DNA from: a virus
Lineage: Duplodnaviria > Caudoviricetes
Direction: 5' to 3' (one strand)
DNA length: 33,175 nt
IMG/VR virus record: IMGVR_UViG_3300032373_000627
Location: 1-33,175 of that record
The notes beneath the pieces are model-generated. The model had not been told where the DNA came from, searched no databases, and saw only the letters and a program-made list of their open reading frames with translations. Positions 26,789 through 33,175 of this stretch are shown here, piece by piece. Within the stretch, counting starts at the first letter, position 1; each line of letters begins with the position of its first letter. A program made the translations under genes and the position numbers.

Positions 26789-27410
26789 GTTCCCCCCCGA
26801 ATAGCTCCGCCTGCCCCGTCTCGTCGGCCCATACCTCTAGGGTCGTAGGTCCCGTGTGGTTCAAGTCCCACACGAAGAAGCCATAGGCCGCGGAATCCGT
26901 CCCGCCGCTTGTGAAGCTCGGACGACGGGCAAGCACGTAGACGTGGCGGGCCGGGTACGCCCGCCACAATGGCAGGCGCTCCGCCGATTCGAGGAAGGCC
27001 AGCCGTAGCAGGAAGGCCACGCGTGGAGCGAGGCGGAGCGCGCGCCGGACATGCGCACCCGCGTCCCGGTAGGGCGGGTTCCCAACGACCCAAGCAAATC
27101 CCATGCTCGATCCAGGGTATTCGAGGAAGTCACATACCTGAGCGTGCTCGCCCATATGGAGCGCGGGCGCGCCGGGGTCGACGTCTAGCGACGTCACGCG
27201 GCAACCGCGGCCCGCCAGGGCTTCGACGAAGGCCCCACCGCCTGCGGACGGTTCTAGGACGCGGTCCCCCCTCTTGACGTCCAGAAGGGCCGTTAGGGCT
27301 CGGGCCAGTGGCTTCGGCGTGTAATAGCGGTCTAGCGGGTCCCTGGGGCGGTTCTGCCCGGTGTTCGCTGTCTGCGCCGACGGGGGCGCTAGCTGAAATT
27401 CGCGTTCCAT
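26781..27410 (-). CDS. DNA amino-methyltransferase (N6-adenine or N4-cytosine)
   Basis: DRYYTP, SAM-binding VLEPSAGGGAF, catalytic VVGNPPY. Confidence 0.88.
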   Translation of the reverse strand: MEREFQLAPPSAQTANTGQNRPRDPLDRYYTPKPLARALTALLDVKRGDRVLEPSAGGGAFVEALAGRGCRVTSLDVDPGAPALHMGEHAQVCDFLEYPGSSMGFAWVVGNPPYRDAGAHVRRALRLAPRVAFLLRLAFLESAERLPLWRAYPARHVYVLARRPSFTSGGTDSAAYGFFVWDLNHTGPTTLEVWADETGQAELFGGERG

Positions 27411-27426
27411 ACGAGGCCCCCCACCG

Positions 27427-27678
27427 CTACGCGGATTCCCGCGCTTGCTTCGCAATGTCCGCACGTTCCGCCGCGACCATAAGAAGCTCCAGAAACCCGC
27501 AGCGCTGCCGTTTCGTAAGCCCCGCGTCCCGGCAAATGCGCGCCGTCAATGTGAGAGAGGGGCGGATCTCGCCCGCTTCCAGCTTGTGCACGGCCGCTGA
27601 GCTGACGTCAATGGCTCGGGCATACGCCGCGCGGGTCCGTTCCCCGCGGAACGACCGAATTAGCTCTGAAATCGTCAT
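27427..27678 (-). CDS. Cro-like XRE HTH regulator
   Basis: TRAAYARAIDVSSAAVHKLEAGEIRPS; first gene of early operon, divergent from repressor. Confidence 0.8.
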   Translation of the reverse strand: MTISELIRSFRGERTRAAYARAIDVSSAAVHKLEAGEIRPSLTLTARICRDAGLTKRQRCGFLELLMVAAERADIAKQARESA

Positions 27679-27697
27679 TACTAGGCCCCTTGGCTTG

Positions 27698-27758
27698 TAA
27701 GGCAAGGTTAGCGGCGCCCGGCTTGACGAACAACGGGGGCGATTTTAACCTCTAGTTA
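27698..27758. promoter_or_regulatory. divergent promoter/operator switch region
   Basis: Plus strand TTGACG-17-TAACCT (27723-27751); minus strand TTGTTC-17-TAACCT; both -10 boxes lie within TAAC-N5-GTTA-like palindromes. Confidence 0.65.
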
Positions 27759-28099
27759 TGAAAATCAACGCCCGTCTGCGCGAAATGCGCCTAGAAGCTG
27801 GATTTAGCGATTCGGATTTAGCCCAACGTCTTGGGATTAGCCGCGTAGCCGTCTATAAGACCGAGTCAGGCCAGACGAATCCTCGCCTTAAAACTCTGTT
27901 TTCCTGGCTAGAGGAATGCGGGTATAGCCTCTCGTTCCACCGCAAAGAAGACGAGTTTGCTCGCCTGTTTTCGGCGCTGTCGGACCGAGAGCGTAGTACA
28001 GTAGCGGATCTTATGCGCGTCATGCCCGATATGACCGATTCAAACCGGGATATGTACGCCCGCATTTTCGCGGGACTCGTGGACGCCGTCAGGGACTAG
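27758..28099 (+). CDS. CI-like XRE-family repressor
   Basis: LREMRLEAGFSDSDLAQRLGISRVAVYKTESGQTNPRLKTL; no S24 peptidase domain seen. Confidence 0.85.
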   Translation: MKINARLREMRLEAGFSDSDLAQRLGISRVAVYKTESGQTNPRLKTLFSWLEECGYSLSFHRKEDEFARLFSALSDRERSTVADLMRVMPDMTDSNRDMYARIFAGLVDAVRD

Positions 28100-28168
28100 G
28101 TCGTAGGAAGATCGGTAGCCTTTATAGCCCCTTCGAAGGGCTAATATGGGGGTACCGAGGAGGCCAAA

Positions 28169-28354
28169 ATGCGTAATCGCGACGACGAACCCCCCAAATC
28201 CGGCGGCAACGGCCGCCGTAAAACGGCCGCGGCGCTACGCGCGGAGATCCACCTACTTACGCTCGATTTGCCCCGCGCAAGCCTATTACGGCTAAAGCGC
28301 TGGGTGAATATGGAACGTGAGAACATGTCAAGAACACGTCAAGAACCCCGCTAA
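28169..28354 (+). CDS. small basic hypothetical protein
   Basis: 61 aa with strong GAGGAGG RBS. Confidence 0.65.
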   Translation: MRNRDDEPPKSGGNGRRKTAAALRAEIHLLTLDLPRASLLRLKRWVNMERENMSRTRQEPR

Positions 28355-28422
28355 CTTTAAGACCTGACGGGCCGACTGTTAACCTGGGGTTGCCTTCGGC
28401 CCATGACCTAGGAACGGAGCGC

Positions 28423-30429
<2,007 letters not shown>

Positions 30430-30453
30430 ACCACCGGACATTCCGGAAACTTG

Positions 30454-30492
30454 TAACCTGGGGTTTACGCTGACCCTAGCCTAGGGTAAATC
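30454..30492 (+). promoter_or_regulatory. putative integrase promoter with operator and palindrome
   Basis: TAAC-CTGGG-GTTT overlapping TTTACG-17-TAAATC; spacer contains ACCCTAG-C-CTAGGGT. Confidence 0.5.
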
Positions 30493-30534
30493 TAAGGTGG
30501 CGGACCCGCGCCGCTCACAACAAAGGAATCAACA

Positions 30535-31695
30535 ATGCCGACCCCTAAGCATACCCTCCACTGCCGCCCAAAGCCCCTCACGTTCGGGACGGTCGAAAGC
30601 GGCCTAAAGGTTCGCGTGATTGCTGGCCCGAACGCAGACGGGCTCTGGAAGTTTCGCGCCGAAGACCGCGGCCGCGACCGGAAGTCCCACGGGTGCCTTT
30701 GGGGCAACCTGGAGGAGGCGCAGATTTGGGGCGCTGAGCTGTTCCTTAAGAAGCTAGACGGCATTGATGACGACGATGGGCAAGTGCGAACCATTGGCGT
30801 CGTCATCGCCCGCTATTACAAGCACGCCGCGGAATTGGTCGACGCTGGCGGTATGGCCGCTTCGACGTTCCGAGGGATCCGAAGCCAGATCCGCCGTCTG
30901 CGCGAAGCCGATCCAGCTTTCATGGCGGTACCCGTTCGGCGTGTGGACTATGCCCGCGTGTCGGCGCTTGTGCTGCGGTTGCAGCGGGGCGGGTTCGCAC
31001 CGAACACCGTTAACCGGACCGTTGGGGTTGCTTCGGTTGCGTTCAATTGGGCGCTACGGCAAGGCTTGATCTCGGGCACCTTCCCGAAGATGGGGCTCCC
31101 TAAGACCACGATACGACCGAAGCGCGCGCCGTCGGCTGAGGAGATCACAGCAACCATTGCCCAAATGGTTGGTTGGCAGTGGCTTGTCACGTGCATCCTT
31201 TATGAGACAGGCGGGCGCATTGGGGAGGTTGCGAAGCTCCGCCCCGATAGCGTCGACTTCGACCGTAAAGAAATCCATTTTGAGGGGAAGGGGCGCCATG
31301 GGCGGGCGAAGCACCGAACGGTCCCCGTCTCTGATGAGCTGCTTAAGAAAATCCGTTGGCACCTTCGAACCGTCGGCGCAGACGTGCACCGGTCGGTCTA
31401 TCGGAGCCCTGAGTATTTGCTGGGGCTCAAACCCAAGTCATTGCGGAACACCAAATACCGGGAAGCCCTTTACGCAGCGCAGAAGCGCGCGAACGTGGCG
31501 CGATTCCTCCCCCATGACATGCGCCGGTCCGCCGTTACCGACTTCCAGCGCGCCGGGGTCCCCATCATGGTTGCGGCTAAAACGTTGGGCCATACGCCCG
31601 AGGTCATGCTTAGCCACTATGCCCAAGCGTCTATGGACGATCAACGCGACGCTCTGTCCGCCATTCGTGCGCACCGCGAGAAGAAGAAAGCTTAG
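30535..31695 (+). CDS. int: tyrosine recombinase / phage integrase
   Basis: TGGRIGE (Arg), GKG (Lys), HDMRR, LGH and terminal HY catalytic residues; AAGGA RBS. Confidence 0.93.
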   Translation: MPTPKHTLHCRPKPLTFGTVESGLKVRVIAGPNADGLWKFRAEDRGRDRKSHGCLWGNLEEAQIWGAELFLKKLDGIDDDDGQVRTIGVVIARYYKHAAELVDAGGMAASTFRGIRSQIRRLREADPAFMAVPVRRVDYARVSALVLRLQRGGFAPNTVNRTVGVASVAFNWALRQGLISGTFPKMGLPKTTIRPKRAPSAEEITATIAQMVGWQWLVTCILYETGGRIGEVAKLRPDSVDFDRKEIHFEGKGRHGRAKHRTVPVSDELLKKIRWHLRTVGADVHRSVYRSPEYLLGLKPKSLRNTKYREALYAAQKRANVARFLPHDMRRSAVTDFQRAGVPIMVAAKTLGHTPEVMLSHYAQASMDDQRDALSAIRAHREKKKA

Positions 31696-31696
31696 C

Positions 31697-31743
31697 GGCC
31701 CCTGGGGCGCTTCGGCGCCCATCCCCATCACAACCCAGGGGCC
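31697..31743 (+). terminator. stem-loop after integrase
   Basis: GGGCGC-TTCG-GCGCCC (C-UUCG-G tetraloop) with an alternative outer stem GGCCCCTGGG/CCCAGGGGCC. Confidence 0.45.
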
Positions 31744-31770
31744 CCAGCCCCGCGGCCCCTTAGGTGAGCA

Positions 31771-32070
31771 ATGGCACCACGTAAACGGCTACTGGCTAGC
31801 GAGCTTCGGAAGAAACATACGGTTGGTCTGGCAGACGCCGAACGCGACTACATCGACAGTGCAGCCCGGATGGTTGGGCGGACCCGCGCCCGCTTCATTC
31901 GAGAAGCGGCCCTAACGGCCGCTGGGTTCGCTATGGACCCGCGCCCCATTGCGCCGCCACCTGACCCCCCGCAATCCCCCATGGCCCTAGCGCGATGGAA
32001 GGCAAACGCGTGGCGGGCCATGGTTGAGGAATTCGGCCACGGTCCCGAGGGGGAAGACGGTGTTCCCTGA
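31771..32070 (+). CDS. ribbon-helix-helix DNA-binding protein
   Basis: KHTVGLADAERDYIDSAARMVGRTRARFIREAAL; AGGTGAG upstream. Confidence 0.75.
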   Translation: MAPRKRLLASELRKKHTVGLADAERDYIDSAARMVGRTRARFIREAALTAAGFAMDPRPIAPPPDPPQSPMALARWKANAWRAMVEEFGHGPEGEDGVP

Positions 32071-32383
32071 GGGTTGGTCGCTTATGCCGTTGACGTTCGG
32101 CCGTGTGCGCTTGGTCCACGCTGAGCCTTGGGGGCTCTCTTACTCGGACCCGTTCTATTGATTCGAGGATCTAGACGCTGCGGTCGCAGCGTTGGCGCAT
32201 GTTCAGACGGGGAAAGACGGGGAGCCCACGGGATGGGTACGGGCAAGCGGACCCGAGCGCCGCGTATGCAAGGGTTGCGGGGAAGTATATCTAGACACGG
32301 ACGGGGCCTGCTCGGGCTTACGCGCGGGGACTTGTTTTTGGGCAACTAGGGGGGGCAATGGGAGAGGAAGGGGCGCCGTATGA
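32060..32383 (+). CDS. candidate selenoprotein (107 aa, in-frame TGA at codon 34); alternatively a nonsense-interrupted pseudogene
   Basis: GTG 32060 with GAGGGGG upstream reads MFPEGWSLMPLTFGRVRLVHAEPWGLSYSDPFY-TGA(32159-32161)-FEDLDAAVAALAHVQTGKDGEPTGWVR...; exactly fills the gap between neighbours; SECIS-like hairpin follows. Confidence 0.65.
32162..32195 (+). promoter_or_regulatory. bacterial SECIS-like stem-loop
   Basis: GACGCUGC-GGUC-GCAGCGUU (32174-32193); apical loop starts with G, 20 nt after the UGA. Confidence 0.6.
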
Positions 32384-32567
32384 GCGGCTGCTAGCGGAGC
32401 TTAGGGGAATGCTCGATAGGTCCGAACGGGACTACAGCATGGGGCATAAGCTGGGGGCTAGCCTGCACCTATCGAAGGTTGCCTACCTCGCGGACATTGT
32501 AGGTAGAAGCTTGATCGTTGGGGATGACGATAGACTTGCGTACCTAGCGCAACAGGTAGGGCGGTAG
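32358..32567 (+). CDS. hypothetical protein
   Basis: 69 aa; AGGGGGG upstream of ATG. Confidence 0.55.
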   Translation: MGEEGAPYERLLAELRGMLDRSERDYSMGHKLGASLHLSKVAYLADIVGRSLIVGDDDRLAYLAQQVGR

Positions 32568-32591
32568 GATGACGGCAACCATGGGGGTCCT

Positions 32592-33146
32592 ATGTCTCTG
32601 ATTAGCTGTAGCAATTTCTACCGGTATGCCGACACAGTTGGGGATGGGACCGGAGTTAAAGACCACGTGTCTGATTACTCGGTAACGCCCGGCGCCGCGC
32701 GCCTTGACGCCGCGGCGATGACGTTGCTTCGGGTAGAGCGTCTACTTGTGTCCTACCAGGATGCTTCGGGGTTCCGTGCATCTAGGTACGGGAACCTAGG
32801 GGCAGCGCTTACGAACGGGATTGCAGTCAAGCACCTAGACGCAGGCGGTGGGGTGATCCAGGACCTTACAGACGCATCGCCGGTGCTGACGAATGCCGGT
32901 TGGGGCGCGCTCTGCTACGACGTCGACGTCAAGTCCTGGGGCGCTGGTGACGAGGTTCTAGTCTGTCGCTGGACGTTCTCCAAAGCCGGGAAGGCTATCA
33001 CTGTGCGTCCCGGTGAAAGGTTGGCAGTAGAGTTTAACGACGACCTTTCCGGGCTCGTGTCGCACCGCTTCCAATTCCAAGGGAGACAACTGGTTTTTGA
33101 TGACGCGGGGACACTAGCGGCGGCCGCCAAATGCAGCGATGTATGA
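32592..33146 (+). CDS. hypothetical beta-rich protein, possibly virion-associated
   Basis: 184 aa; GGGGG upstream of ATG; stop overlaps an ATG (33143) that runs off the window. Confidence 0.7.
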   Translation: MSLISCSNFYRYADTVGDGTGVKDHVSDYSVTPGAARLDAAAMTLLRVERLLVSYQDASGFRASRYGNLGAALTNGIAVKHLDAGGGVIQDLTDASPVLTNAGWGALCYDVDVKSWGAGDEVLVCRWTFSKAGKAITVRPGERLAVEFNDDLSGLVSHRFQFQGRQLVFDDAGTLAAAAKCSDV

Positions 33147-33175
33147 ACCAGCTACAGAGCGAATGGACCACCGGG

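Noticed and set aside
31157-31915. 252-aa alternative-frame ORF over the integrase, and similar long shadow ORFs (7124-7825, 14156-14764, 14825-15436, 15287-15865, 25875-26417)
   Set aside because: They overlap well-supported genes and have the Arg/Ser/Pro-rich composition typical of GC-rich off-frame translations
32192-32383. 63-aa ORF from the track as a stand-alone gene
   Set aside because: Its TTG start lies inside the hairpin with no RBS, and the frame continues upstream through one TGA to a well-placed GTG
33143-33175. ORF joining the right end to the left end of the window
   Set aside because: Direct joining gives only a 24-codon frame and no terminal overlap is visible, so it does not prove circularity

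Overview
The 33.2 kb window is a GC-rich, temperate, long-tailed (siphovirus-like) phage genome. It looks complete or nearly so and has no recognisable host genes. It carries a small/large terminase operon on the minus strand, transcribed divergently from a plus-strand operon: portal, scaffold, major capsid, head-tail and tail genes, a -1 frameshifted tail chaperone, tape measure, two large tail-tip proteins, and a holin-like/NlpC-P60 lysis pair. A minus-strand early operon encodes Cro-like, DNA methyltransferase, initiator with internal iteron origin, DnaC-like ATPase, RusA and ERF proteins. A plus-strand lysogeny/accessory arm encodes a CI-like repressor, a 668-aa HicA-domain fusion, a tyrosine integrase and small ORFs. 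The most striking observation is missing from the ORF track: a 107-codon frame (32060-32383) interrupted by one in-frame TGA that is followed by a hairpin closely resembling a bacterial SECIS element, i.e. a candidate phage-encoded selenoprotein. Also notable are strong CTA-leucine/CTAG enrichment in core genes, a HicA-headed multidomain protein with no HicB, and a possible ADP-ribosyltransferase-fold ORF. All functional calls come from motif recognition and gene order; no database searches were run.
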